Origin: Gemmatimonadaceae bacterium
Lineage (GTDB): Bacteria > Gemmatimonadota > Gemmatimonadetes > Gemmatimonadales > Gemmatimonadaceae
Direction: 5' to 3'
Assembly (NCBI GenBank): GCA_051859245.1
Contig: JBHYGA010000004.1
Span: 996,030-1,060,029, forward strand
Length of the DNA stretch: 64,000 nucleotides
Positions 49,790 through 58,902 of this stretch are shown piece by piece (position 1 is the first letter of the stretch; each line of letters starts with the position of its first letter). The notes beneath the pieces were generated by a model. It saw nothing but the letters and a program-made list of their open reading frames with translations. It was not told where the DNA came from and did not search any database. The position numbers and the translations under genes are program-made.

Positions 49790-50893
49790 ATGACGAAGAC
49801 AGCAAAGGAAGCGAGATTGCAGCGAAGCAGGGTTCAAAAGGCTCGTCGCGGTGCGACACTTGTCATCGTGGCGCTTCTGACCACCCTACTCATGAGCTTT
49901 GCTGCCTTCGGAATTGATTTCGGCCGCATGTTTGCTTACAAGTCGCAGCTTAAGGTGTTGGCCGACGCGGCTGCGCTCTCAGCGGTAACTGACCTCAAGA
50001 ACGGTGCGACCGAGGCAGACGCCAAGGCCAGAGCGATTGCGCTCCGTACAGTGAATACGGTCGAAGGACAGCTCGCAACCTTCGTGGATGCGGACATCGA
50101 ACCAGGCACCTACACGTTTGCATCCGATTCGTTTGAGGTGACATCGTGGGCGAATGCTACAGCGGTTCGCACCTCGCCGCGACATACCTCGGATTACACG
50201 CTCGCCCGAGTATTCGGCAGGGCGAATCGTGCGCTTCGTGAGTCGTCGATTGCGGCGCTTGGTTCGTATGTCTCTTCGGCCTGCCTAGCGCCAATCGCAA
50301 TTCCGTACTCGAATCTGCTTCGGTCAATCAACCCGAACAATGTTGATACCTCGCGAACCCTCACCGCGGCCGACCTCGCGTTCCTCGCGGCGAATAACAC
50401 GCCAATACAATTGACGGGAAGCGTACCGGGCTCCGGTGACATGCTTTCGCCTGGTTGGTTTTCACTGATCAATCTTGGAACTGGGAACGGGAACACTCAG
50501 GATGTCCAAGCTGCGTTGGTGAATGCTCTCGACGGCTGCGCGGTTGGCTACGTCGCAAGCGTTGGCGACTGGCTCGACATTGTCCCTGGAACAGGTGGCT
50601 GGAACTCCAACGTGCAGCAGTGGCGAGATCTGTGTGGTGGTAACAATCAGATGAACAACTGCACGCGCACGATTCAGATTCCAGTCGTCAACTCTTGGAA
50701 TGGACAGCCCGGTACACAGGCTGCGTGGCAGATCGAGTACGTGGCCGCGATTCGACTCACGCGCATCGTTATGCCGACGGGCGCGAGCAGTCCCGCAGAA
50801 GTGCACGGCTACTTCACGCTTGATCAAGCCGGCGGCGGTGTTGGATTGTCTCCGTTCCCGGGTCCAGTGCAGGGCGTGGCGCTGGTACGATAG
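49790..50893 (+). CDS. tadG: TadG-like pseudopilin/adhesin
   Basis: GGAGG RBS; RRG|ATLV, IDFGR, ADAAAL; Cys-containing C-terminal domain. Confidence 0.88.
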   Translation: MTKTAKEARLQRSRVQKARRGATLVIVALLTTLLMSFAAFGIDFGRMFAYKSQLKVLADAAALSAVTDLKNGATEADAKARAIALRTVNTVEGQLATFVDADIEPGTYTFASDSFEVTSWANATAVRTSPRHTSDYTLARVFGRANRALRESSIAALGSYVSSACLAPIAIPYSNLLRSINPNNVDTSRTLTAADLAFLAANNTPIQLTGSVPGSGDMLSPGWFSLINLGTGNGNTQDVQAALVNALDGCAVGYVASVGDWLDIVPGTGGWNSNVQQWRDLCGGNNQMNNCTRTIQIPVVNSWNGQPGTQAAWQIEYVAAIRLTRIVMPTGASSPAEVHGYFTLDQAGGGVGLSPFPGPVQGVALVR

Positions 50894-50962
50894 ACGCTCC
50901 GTGGCAGGTGCGGTGAATCATCTCGTCTCATCAGCCTCCACGATCCGAACGGATAGAAGCTC

Positions 50963-52522
50963 ATGCTGACTCCTGGAACGCAAGTCGCGTCGATCGCCCC
51001 TGGTCAGTGGATGGTCGCGCGCACACCTGATGCGAAGCCTGCCGTCATTGCGTCGTTCCCTGACGTGCGTGACGTGGAATCGGTGTGGTCGCAGCTTGAG
51101 CGTTGGTGTGCGGCGTTGCATGCGGCTGCGGAACCAGGCGTGGAAGTTCCCGTTCCGCTCCGTTTGCCTGACGGTGTGATCCGTTTGGCATACGGCATGA
51201 TTCCGTGGCGTGTGGGCGCGCAAGCGCTCACGGCGATGATTTCGCATCACCACTCGATAGTGGTGTTGCGTCAACTTGCACAAGCGCTGGATGCGCTCCA
51301 CGCGCGTCGGATTGTTCACGGCGCGCTGGGGCTGGATTCCATCTGGTGGGAGTCGGCGGAGCGCGTCAGGATTCCAGACTTCGGTTTGGCGCACGCACTT
51401 GATGGTCTGGTAGATGCGCCATCGATTGCTGCGGCGTACCACGCTCCGGAACTGTGGCGCGGCGAATCGCCCACCCCCGCAAGTGATGAGTTCGCGTTTG
51501 CAACGGTTGCGGTCGAGTTACTCAGCGGCGTCCCACGCAAGCCGGTCTCTGAAGTTGAAGGTCTGGTGGCGTTTGAGCCGCTCACGCTCGATCCGCACGC
51601 GCCCATGTTTCAGGGCGGTGCACGAGGCATGTATGACGTCTTGCAGCGCGCGCTGAGCGCGGCACCCTCTGCTCGATTCCCTTCTTGCTCTGCCTTTGTA
51701 GAGGCGCTCGAAGGACACATCGCGCCGCTCGGTTCGCTACGCACGTATCATCCGAGGTTCGGAAATATCAGGGGCCGAGTGACGGCACGCGGGGTCGGGT
51801 TTTCGCTGGTAGCAGTGGGTGCGCTCGCCGCCGCGTTCTATGTTGCGCAGCAGCCCGCTGCGCCAGCAAAGCTCGCGTCGGCAGTTGGGGAAAAAATGCC
51901 AGATATGAGTCGTGTGGAGACTGTCATGCCGAACAATGCGCCGCGCGGCACAGTTCGCGAGGCGTTGGGCTCACTTCGTCGCGATCCGTCATCGGCGCAG
52001 CGTCCCGCGGGTGTGACGAACGAGCCGGGCATCACGGCTGAGCCGTCGGCAAGCAGCGTCCAGCTGAACTCAGCAAGTCGTGAGCAGCCTGCGGCAGGGA
52101 GTAGTGTTGGCGTCGAGTCGCGCCCGGCCGGCTCGGCTGGCGCGCAAGTGTCTGTGCCCACGGCGTCGATGCCCGACAGTTTTCGCACTGCAGGAGATTC
52201 AACATCGGGACTATTTGATCGCGTATCCAATGCGGTAACATCCGCGGTTCAAAGTGCTCGAGGCAGAGCGCCGTTGTCTGAAGCGCAGCAGTCCGCATCC
52301 GCCGCACTTTCCCGAACGGGTGCAATCCGCCTTGAAGTGCCGCCGCAGAGCCGTGTCTACCTCGACGGCGTGCTGCAAGTGGGGACGCCTTCCATCCTTA
52401 CTGCTGTTGCGGGTCCGCATGATCTGGACATTTGGACACCCGGCGCGACCGAGCCGCAACGTCGACGGGTTAGTGTGATCGCTGCAGATACGGCGTTCGT
52501 GCGCGTGACTCGGTCGCGCTAG
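50963..52522 (+). CDS. Membrane-anchored Ser/Thr kinase-like protein (probable pseudokinase) with C-terminal PEGA-like domain
   Basis: DFG and APE retained, catalytic loop reads HGALGLDS; one TM; RVYLDG...GTP...GPH. Confidence 0.75.
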   Translation: MLTPGTQVASIAPGQWMVARTPDAKPAVIASFPDVRDVESVWSQLERWCAALHAAAEPGVEVPVPLRLPDGVIRLAYGMIPWRVGAQALTAMISHHHSIVVLRQLAQALDALHARRIVHGALGLDSIWWESAERVRIPDFGLAHALDGLVDAPSIAAAYHAPELWRGESPTPASDEFAFATVAVELLSGVPRKPVSEVEGLVAFEPLTLDPHAPMFQGGARGMYDVLQRALSAAPSARFPSCSAFVEALEGHIAPLGSLRTYHPRFGNIRGRVTARGVGFSLVAVGALAAAFYVAQQPAAPAKLASAVGEKMPDMSRVETVMPNNAPRGTVREALGSLRRDPSSAQRPAGVTNEPGITAEPSASSVQLNSASREQPAAGSSVGVESRPAGSAGAQVSVPTASMPDSFRTAGDSTSGLFDRVSNAVTSAVQSARGRAPLSEAQQSASAALSRTGAIRLEVPPQSRVYLDGVLQVGTPSILTAVAGPHDLDIWTPGATEPQRRRVSVIAADTAFVRVTRSR

Positions 52523-52526
52523 CTCG

Positions 52527-53816
52527 TCATTTCGTCCGCATCCATCTCCACGCCTCGGCGAGTGTCGCACGTTTCCCGTACATCAACACACCCGTCCGGT
52601 ACAGACGCGACGCAAAGAGTGTCGCCACCATCGCCGAAAGCGCTAGGATGATAAGCGATCCCGCTGCTTCAAGATCGGGGACAGGCGCAAGACTTAATCG
52701 CAGCGGCAATACAATCGGTGACGAGAACGGCAACAGCGTCATGATCGTGCTGAGCGATCCTTCAGGGTTGGTGACCACACCCTGAACCATCGCCAGGCTC
52801 ATCACCAGCAGCAGCACCACCGGCAACTGCGCCTGCTGCGCGTCTTGTTCCGTGCTCACCATTGCACCCACTGCGGCAAACAACGCTGCGTAAAACAGGA
52901 ACCCAAGCAGAAAGCTGAGCATGATGAGCACGGCCAGCGCGAGGGTGACATCCGGCAACGCAAACGCATCCACACGCATCCCGAACTTGGCCAGAATCGG
53001 CGCACGAATTGCCATTAATCCGGCCGACATCGCGGTCCACAATATCAGCTGCGTAAACCCGACGGCTCCAATACCAAGCACCTTGCCGAGCAGTAACGTG
53101 TTCGACGACACGCTCGACAACACCACTTCCGCCACACGTGTCTGCTTCTCTTCAAGTACACCGCGCATCACGTTCGAACCGTGCATGAAAATCGTGAGAT
53201 AAAGCGTTACAGCGACACCGATCGCGAACAACACACCCACCCGGCCTGAGCCACCGCGGCCGCGCGTAGTCAAGCGCTCTGTATTCAATCGAATTCGCAT
53301 GCCGGCCAGCGTTGTGCTCTGATCTGCACCCAGCCCACTCGCTTCAAGACGTCGCGTGAGCACCGCCTTGGTTGCCGCGCCTTCGAGCTGCTGCATCGTG
53401 AGCAGCGCGGTGGTATTGCGCCCCGAATACGGCAACCGCCCGCCATCAATCCCAGACGGATCGAGCACCAGATACCCAACAATCTTGCCGGAGAGCACAT
53501 CGGCCGTTGCCCGGGCTTCCGCATCAAGACGTTCCTGGCGCCCCGTTACGTGCTGCCAATCGGCACGCGATGTATCACCCGTTACACCACCGCGCAGCGA
53601 GTTCGCAATCAGCGACCCCACGGAGTCCGGCGTGCTGTCAATAATGCGAATCGTACCGCTCTCGCTCCGGCGTTCACGCTCACCCATGATGGCCGGCAAA
53701 AACAGCATCAGCACCAGAAACACCGGCGCTAACATGGTCGCAATCAGGAACCACTTGGAACGCACGCGCTCGAAGTATTCTCGGCGCACAATCGTATCGA
53801 GCTTGGACTCAGCCAT
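52527..53816 (-). CDS. ABC-2 transporter permease (NatB-like)
   Basis: EEKQTRVAEVVLSS, LLGKVLG, PFSSPIV. Confidence 0.92.
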   Translation of the reverse strand: MAESKLDTIVRREYFERVRSKWFLIATMLAPVFLVLMLFLPAIMGERERRSESGTIRIIDSTPDSVGSLIANSLRGGVTGDTSRADWQHVTGRQERLDAEARATADVLSGKIVGYLVLDPSGIDGGRLPYSGRNTTALLTMQQLEGAATKAVLTRRLEASGLGADQSTTLAGMRIRLNTERLTTRGRGGSGRVGVLFAIGVAVTLYLTIFMHGSNVMRGVLEEKQTRVAEVVLSSVSSNTLLLGKVLGIGAVGFTQLILWTAMSAGLMAIRAPILAKFGMRVDAFALPDVTLALAVLIMLSFLLGFLFYAALFAAVGAMVSTEQDAQQAQLPVVLLLVMSLAMVQGVVTNPEGSLSTIMTLLPFSSPIVLPLRLSLAPVPDLEAAGSLIILALSAMVATLFASRLYRTGVLMYGKRATLAEAWRWMRTK

Positions 53817-54786
53817 GACCGCTCATCCCCGTTTCCACGTCGTGGGCGCCAACCTTCTCGAGGAAAATGCGGTGCAGCGACGGACGCACCAACTCAAAGC
53901 GCTCAAGACGCGCACCGGCGCTCACGAGTCGTGCGAGCAACTCCTGCGGATCAGCGCCAGGCGCGAGTTCTACTTCTGCCGAGCGATGTCCGTCATTCAC
54001 ATGCTGCACGAGCGAGCGATCGTTGAGTACGGCGAGCACGCCATTTTCAGGCGCCACCTCAAACACAACACTCGCAATGTTCGTCGCGCGTTCTGCTCGC
54101 ACATCACTCACCGATCCGTCCAGCACTTTCACACCACCCGAAATAATGCACACCGCGTCGCACATACGTTCGGCGTTGTCCATGACGTGCGTGCTCAACA
54201 CCACCGTGCGACCCTGCTGACGAATCTCAACCACGGTGTCTTTCAGCGCCTGCGCATTCACGGGGTCAAGCCCGCTGAACGGCTCATCGAGAATGACCAG
54301 CTCAGGTTCATGCAACAACGCCCCAATGAACTGCACTTTCTGCTGCATGCCGCGTGACAACTCGTCAACACGCGCCAACCCCCAGTCTTCGCCGCCGCGA
54401 CCGCGCAACTGAAAGCGCTCCAGCCACGCGTCCACTTTACGCGGCAACTCGGCGCGCGGCACGCTCTTGAGTCGGCCCAGAAAAATGAGCACGTCGCGCA
54501 CGCGCATTTTGCGGTACAGTCCGCGCTCTTCGGGCAGGTATCCCACACGATCCGTGATCGTGGCATCGCCACTCGGCACGCCGAGCACCTGAATGCTCCC
54601 CGCGTCCGGCGCGATGATGTTCATGATCATGCGGATCGTGGTGGTCTTGCCGGCCCCGTTGGGGCCGAGCAGGCCGTACACCGAACCGCGGGGCACGCGA
54701 AGTGACAAGTCGCGCACCGCGACATGGCCCTCGTAGCGCTTCACCGCGCCGTTGATCTCTATTGCCGCAGCGGAACTGGTAGTCAA
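53809..54786 (-). CDS. ABC transporter ATP-binding protein (NatA/YhaQ-like)
   Basis: GPNGAGKTT, LSRGMQQK, LDEPFSGLD. Confidence 0.95.
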   Translation of the reverse strand: MTTSSAAAIEINGAVKRYEGHVAVRDLSLRVPRGSVYGLLGPNGAGKTTTIRMIMNIIAPDAGSIQVLGVPSGDATITDRVGYLPEERGLYRKMRVRDVLIFLGRLKSVPRAELPRKVDAWLERFQLRGRGGEDWGLARVDELSRGMQQKVQFIGALLHEPELVILDEPFSGLDPVNAQALKDTVVEIRQQGRTVVLSTHVMDNAERMCDAVCIISGGVKVLDGSVSDVRAERATNIASVVFEVAPENGVLAVLNDRSLVQHVNDGHRSAEVELAPGADPQELLARLVSAGARLERFELVRPSLHRIFLEKVGAHDVETGMSGHG

Positions 54787-54902
54787 CAGAACACCACACG
54801 AGGAAAGAAAGGAACGCCCGAACGCGCCGGTTCTATAAAAAGATCGGCAGCGGTACTCGTGGAGAGTAGCGAACGTGACTGCCGACGCACCAGCTTACCC
54901 AC

Positions 54903-56054
54903 GTGTCACAGACCCCCCTTCGATTCGATCGACGTGAGCTCGCCGGCGCTTTTGGCGACCTCGGCACGGACCTTCCTCTGCTGGTCGGCGTCATTCTGGC
55001 CGCCGAGCTGGACGCCACGATGGTGTTCGTGGTGTTTGGGCTGCTCCAGATCGCATCGGGGCTCATGTACCGGCTCCCCATGCCCGTGCAGCCGCTCAAG
55101 GCGATGGCGGCTATTGTGATCGCGCAGCAGGTGGTTGGCCCGGTGCTGGCGGCGGGCGGGCTCGTGGTCGGTATCACGATGCTCGTGCTCGCGCAGACCG
55201 GCGCGCTCGACTGGATTGCGCGTGTGGTGCCGCGTGTGATTGTACGAGGCGTGCAGGTGGGGCTGGGGCTGCAGCTGGCGCGTATTGCACTCACACGGTT
55301 TATCGCGGGCGACGGCGCGCGTGGGTGGACAGTGGCCGCGGTCGCACTTGGCGTGGTGTTGCTGCTGCGGCGGAATCACAAAGTGCCGGCCGCGATTGTA
55401 ATGGTCGTGATGGGCTTGATCTACGCCGGCATGACGTGGCCTGCGGATCTGCCCGCGCCCTGGGGACTGGCGGCGCCGGTATTGCCGTCGCGTTTCCCGA
55501 CCAGCGATGAGTTCCTGCAAGGCGCACTGCTGCTGGCGGTACCGCAACTTGCGTTGTCACTCGGCAATTCGGTGTTGGCCACGCGCCAGGGTGTGATTGA
55601 TTTTTTCCCGGAACGCAGCGCGCCCTCAGTGAAACGCATTGGCCTCACGTACGCGGCCATGAATCTCATTGCCGCGCCGCTTGGTGCTACGCCTGTGTGT
55701 CACGGTTCTGGCGGTATGGCGGGGCACTTTGCGTTTGGTGGACGCACCGGTGGATCGGTGATCTACTACGGCGTGCTGTACATCGTGGCCGGACTCTTTC
55801 TCTCGGCGGATCCGCGCGCGTTTCAGCAACTGTTTCCAGCGCCAATGCTTGGTGTGTTGCTGCTTGTCGAGGCCGTCACGCTCGTTGCACTCGTGCGTGA
55901 TCAAGTGTCTGACGTGCGCGCGTTGATCATGGCGCTGGTGTCGGGCGTTGCGGCGATCACGCTGCCGTATGGGTACGCGGTGGTGCTCGTGTTCGGTACT
56001 CTGATATGGATGAGTGTTGATCGTGTGTTTCCGCGGCGACTGGATACGGCGTAA
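54903..56054 (+). CDS. Putative molybdate/sulfate transporter (MOT1 family)
   Basis: ELAGAFGDLGT, PMPVQPLK, PVCHGSGG, GGRTG. Confidence 0.9.
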   Translation: MSQTPLRFDRRELAGAFGDLGTDLPLLVGVILAAELDATMVFVVFGLLQIASGLMYRLPMPVQPLKAMAAIVIAQQVVGPVLAAGGLVVGITMLVLAQTGALDWIARVVPRVIVRGVQVGLGLQLARIALTRFIAGDGARGWTVAAVALGVVLLLRRNHKVPAAIVMVVMGLIYAGMTWPADLPAPWGLAAPVLPSRFPTSDEFLQGALLLAVPQLALSLGNSVLATRQGVIDFFPERSAPSVKRIGLTYAAMNLIAAPLGATPVCHGSGGMAGHFAFGGRTGGSVIYYGVLYIVAGLFLSADPRAFQQLFPAPMLGVLLLVEAVTLVALVRDQVSDVRALIMALVSGVAAITLPYGYAVVLVFGTLIWMSVDRVFPRRLDTA

Positions 56055-56147
56055 CGACCTTGGCCTCACGAAGTTGCGCGAACCCCGCAGACAGGTGACA
56101 TTCGCGGCGATCACGCGCGGTCTTGCCACTCCCCCCGCAAGCAGACA

Positions 56148-56693
56148 ATGCAAAGCAAAGCCACCACCGTCGCGCAGTACCTCGACTCGCTCCCGCCCGA
56201 TCGACGCGCCGCGATTGAGACCGTTCGTCAGACCGTGCTCGCGAACGTGGACGACAAGGTTGAGGAGGGCATGCAGTACGGCATGATCGGCTTCTACGTG
56301 CCGCATCGCGTGTTTCCGGCGGGTTACCACTGCGACCCCAAACAGCCTCTGCCGTACATCGCGCTGGCGTCGCAGAAGAATTACATGTCGCTGTACCTGA
56401 TGACCGCGTACATGGACCAAGGCGACGAGGACTGGCTGCGCACACGCTGGGAGGCGACTGGTCGCAAGCTCGACATGGGGAAATGCTGCGTCCGCTTCAA
56501 GCGCATTCAAGACGTACCACTTGATGTTCTCGCCGAGGCGATCCGGCGGGTGCCCACGGACGCGCACATTGCGCGGTATCAGGCGGGCTTGACCAAGACC
56601 GGGGCGAAACCGAAGCCGGCGGCGAAGAAAGCCTCGAAGACCGTCTCGAAGACCGCCACGAAAACAACCTCGAAGCCTACCAAGCCCAAGTAA
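56148..56693 (+). CDS. DUF1801 (YdhG-like) protein with Lys-rich tail
   Basis: MQSKATTVAQY, YGMIG, ASQKNYMSLY, DMGKCCVRF. Confidence 0.88.
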   Translation: MQSKATTVAQYLDSLPPDRRAAIETVRQTVLANVDDKVEEGMQYGMIGFYVPHRVFPAGYHCDPKQPLPYIALASQKNYMSLYLMTAYMDQGDEDWLRTRWEATGRKLDMGKCCVRFKRIQDVPLDVLAEAIRRVPTDAHIARYQAGLTKTGAKPKPAAKKASKTVSKTATKTTSKPTKPK

Positions 56694-56703
56694 CCCGCCC
56701 GTT

Positions 56704-56749
56704 TTATATCCGGGTAATATTGACAATCCGGTTATACCCGGGTAAATAT
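56704..56749 (+). promoter_or_regulatory. Two TAYCCGGGTA palindromic boxes flanking TTGACA upstream of DUF2239
   Basis: TATCCGGGTA 56707-56716, TTGACA 56720-56725, TACCCGGGTA 56735-56744. Confidence 0.7.
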
Positions 56750-56778
56750 GTCGCTCAACCTTTTGCTGAGCGAACATC

Positions 56779-57408
56779 ATGACGAGTGTAGACACCGGCC
56801 TGCGAGCCGACGCGATTGCCTTTGAAGGAACCCGCCGCATCGCGGTGGGCCAGCTGGCCGACGTGGCGAAGGCCGTGCGTTCGGCCATGGAAAATCCGAG
56901 CCACGGCGCGCTGCTCGTGCTCGATGCCACCACGAGCGCCATCATCGACCTCGACTTGCGGGGAGACCCCGATCAGGTCGTCGCTCGGTACCAGCGAAAT
57001 CAGAGCGATCAGATATCAACATCAAAAGAGCAGCAAGAAGACACTGATACGTCATCCGATGATAATTCAACCGATCGTGGTCCAGGTCGTCCACGACTCG
57101 GCGTTGTTCCCCGCGAAGTCACGCTGCTCCCGCGTCACTGGGATTGGCTCGCCACACAGCCCGGAGGCGCGTCGGCCACACTCCGGAAACTGGTGGAATA
57201 CGCACGCTCACTCAGCGTGGAGCGGGACCGCGCACGCGCGGCCACCGAGTCCGTCTATCGATTCCTCACCCACGTGGCCGGCAACGAGCAGGGCTTCGAG
57301 GAAGCGAGCCGAGCGTTGTTTGCGGGGGAACGGGAGCGCTTTCTGGAGCGCATTGCGATGTGGCCCGAAGACGTGCGGGCGCACGCGGAGTGGCTACTCA
57401 GCCGCTAG
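56779..57408 (+). CDS. DUF2239 family protein
   Basis: GRPRLGVVPREVTLLPRHWDWLATQPGGASATLRKLV, GFEEASRALFA, WPEDVR. Confidence 0.9.
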   Translation: MTSVDTGLRADAIAFEGTRRIAVGQLADVAKAVRSAMENPSHGALLVLDATTSAIIDLDLRGDPDQVVARYQRNQSDQISTSKEQQEDTDTSSDDNSTDRGPGRPRLGVVPREVTLLPRHWDWLATQPGGASATLRKLVEYARSLSVERDRARAATESVYRFLTHVAGNEQGFEEASRALFAGERERFLERIAMWPEDVRAHAEWLLSR

Positions 57409-57434
57409 CCGGGTGCGCCCCAACGGGAACGCCG

Positions 57435-58193
57435 TTACTGAGCGGCGTTCCGCATCCAGACGCGGATCAACCCGCAGGACCCACGCGGTGTCTGCATGGC
57501 CAGCGCCAACGGCGTGCCGGCACCCGCGCGGAAAATCTCGATCGCTTCCACGTCGTTCACCGAGATCTGCTCGGGGTCGAACGTATACGTTGGATAGTTG
57601 CCGTTGAACGAAACCGCGGGCACGCACGGCTGCGCACTGGCCAGACGCAAACCAACCGGCGTCTGCCCCTGCGCCGCGAGCGCACGCTCGGCTTCCTGCA
57701 AATCGAGCGGATACGTTGCCACATACTGTCGCAGCAGCGCGCTCAGTCGAGGGGCGCGTGAAGCTTCGATGCGATCGCGCGTAATAAGACGGCCCCACGC
57801 CTTGGTGTCCTGACTGAACCACTGCGGTGACCCCACGCCCGACCCGAACCCGCTTCGCGCCGTGACCGAGACGGTGTCGAGTTCCGGAGACAAATGCGAC
57901 ATCACGATGTCGGCGAATCGCACGGGCTGGTCAAACGGCACCGTGATCGAGTGACGCGTGGCGGTAAACCCCAGCTTGCGCGTGTAGAGCCAGTAGTCAC
58001 CGCGGTGCACACTGTCTATCCGGAATCGGCCGGCGGCATCGGTGCGCACGGCACTGGTGCGTTGGCTGATGAAGACTTCGGCACCGGGTATTACCCGTCC
58101 GGTGGAGTCACGGACGATGCCGGTGATGACTTGCTGCGCCGGCAGTACGGCCGGAAACAGCGCGAGCGCGAGGGCGAGAGACAATCGACGCAT
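57435..58193 (-). CDS. Exported carboxypeptidase-regulatory-like domain protein with TonB-plug-like C-terminus
   Basis: Signal peptide; GIVRDSTGRVIPGAEV...TDAAGRF; VEAIEIF...CGLIRVW. Confidence 0.75.
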   Translation of the reverse strand: MRRLSLALALALFPAVLPAQQVITGIVRDSTGRVIPGAEVFISQRTSAVRTDAAGRFRIDSVHRGDYWLYTRKLGFTATRHSITVPFDQPVRFADIVMSHLSPELDTVSVTARSGFGSGVGSPQWFSQDTKAWGRLITRDRIEASRAPRLSALLRQYVATYPLDLQEAERALAAQGQTPVGLRLASAQPCVPAVSFNGNYPTYTFDPEQISVNDVEAIEIFRAGAGTPLALAMQTPRGSCGLIRVWMRNAAQ

Positions 58194-58233
58194 GACAACC
58201 TCACAGCGCGGTGGGAGACTTGGACCGGACGTG

Positions 58234-58626
58234 TTACCCCGGTTGGTTCTGCATGTGCCATGCGACATTCCGGAGCTTCGCGATGAGCTCCGTACGGAGC
58301 GCCTCGGGCATCTCATGCTGCCCCAGCGCCGCCTCCATGCACCAGAGCCACTCGTCGCGCTCCCGCACGCCAATCGCGAACGGAAAATGTCGCATGCGAA
58401 GTCGCGGATGGCCAAACTTGTCTTCGTAGAGCGGGGGGCCGCCAAGCCAGCCGCTCAGATACATGAACAGCTTGTCGCGCGAGACTTTGAGGTTCGTGGC
58501 GTGCAACGCCCGCACCGCGGTGGCCTCAGGCGCCGTGTCCATGATGTCGTAAAATCGGTCGACGAGCGCGCGGATCCCGGCTTCGCCGCCGATCTGTTCG
58601 TAGTGGGGGGAGAATGCGGTAGACAT
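58234..58626 (-). CDS. Group II truncated haemoglobin
   Basis: YEQIGG, LVDRFY, WLGGPPLY, GHPRLRMRH, ERDEWL, HMQN; start set at ATG 58626. Confidence 0.93.
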   Translation of the reverse strand: MSTAFSPHYEQIGGEAGIRALVDRFYDIMDTAPEATAVRALHATNLKVSRDKLFMYLSGWLGGPPLYEDKFGHPRLRMRHFPFAIGVRERDEWLWCMEAALGQHEMPEALRTELIAKLRNVAWHMQNQPG

Positions 58627-58651
58627 CTGTTGAGTATGCTCTTGCAACGCA

Positions 58652-58894
58652 GTTGCTGTTTCTGATTCGTCCATTCGGCCGTTCTGGAAGGAGCCCAAGG
58701 CCATTTGGCCTTTCGGCGAATCAGTTTCGTACAATGGCACAAAGCACAAACGCTGATTGACCATCTGCGAACACCGCAAGATCCTCCGTGCCGCATGTGT
58801 GCCGGGTGCCGCCTTTCGAAAATGATTTGCCGAAAGGCCAGATGGCCCTGGGCTCCTTCCAGGACGGCCGAATGGACGAATCAGGAACTGCAAC
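58652..58894. repeat. Long inverted-repeat element, family B (78-bp arms 58652-58729 / 58817-58894)
   Basis: Arms align ungapped with 7 mismatches; intergenic; sequence unrelated to family A arms. Confidence 0.92.
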
Positions 58895-58902
58895 GTTGTG
58901 CG

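Noticed and set aside
58627..58893. 88-aa N-terminal extension of the truncated haemoglobin
   Set aside because: Lies in the family B hairpin; the globin begins at ATG 58626
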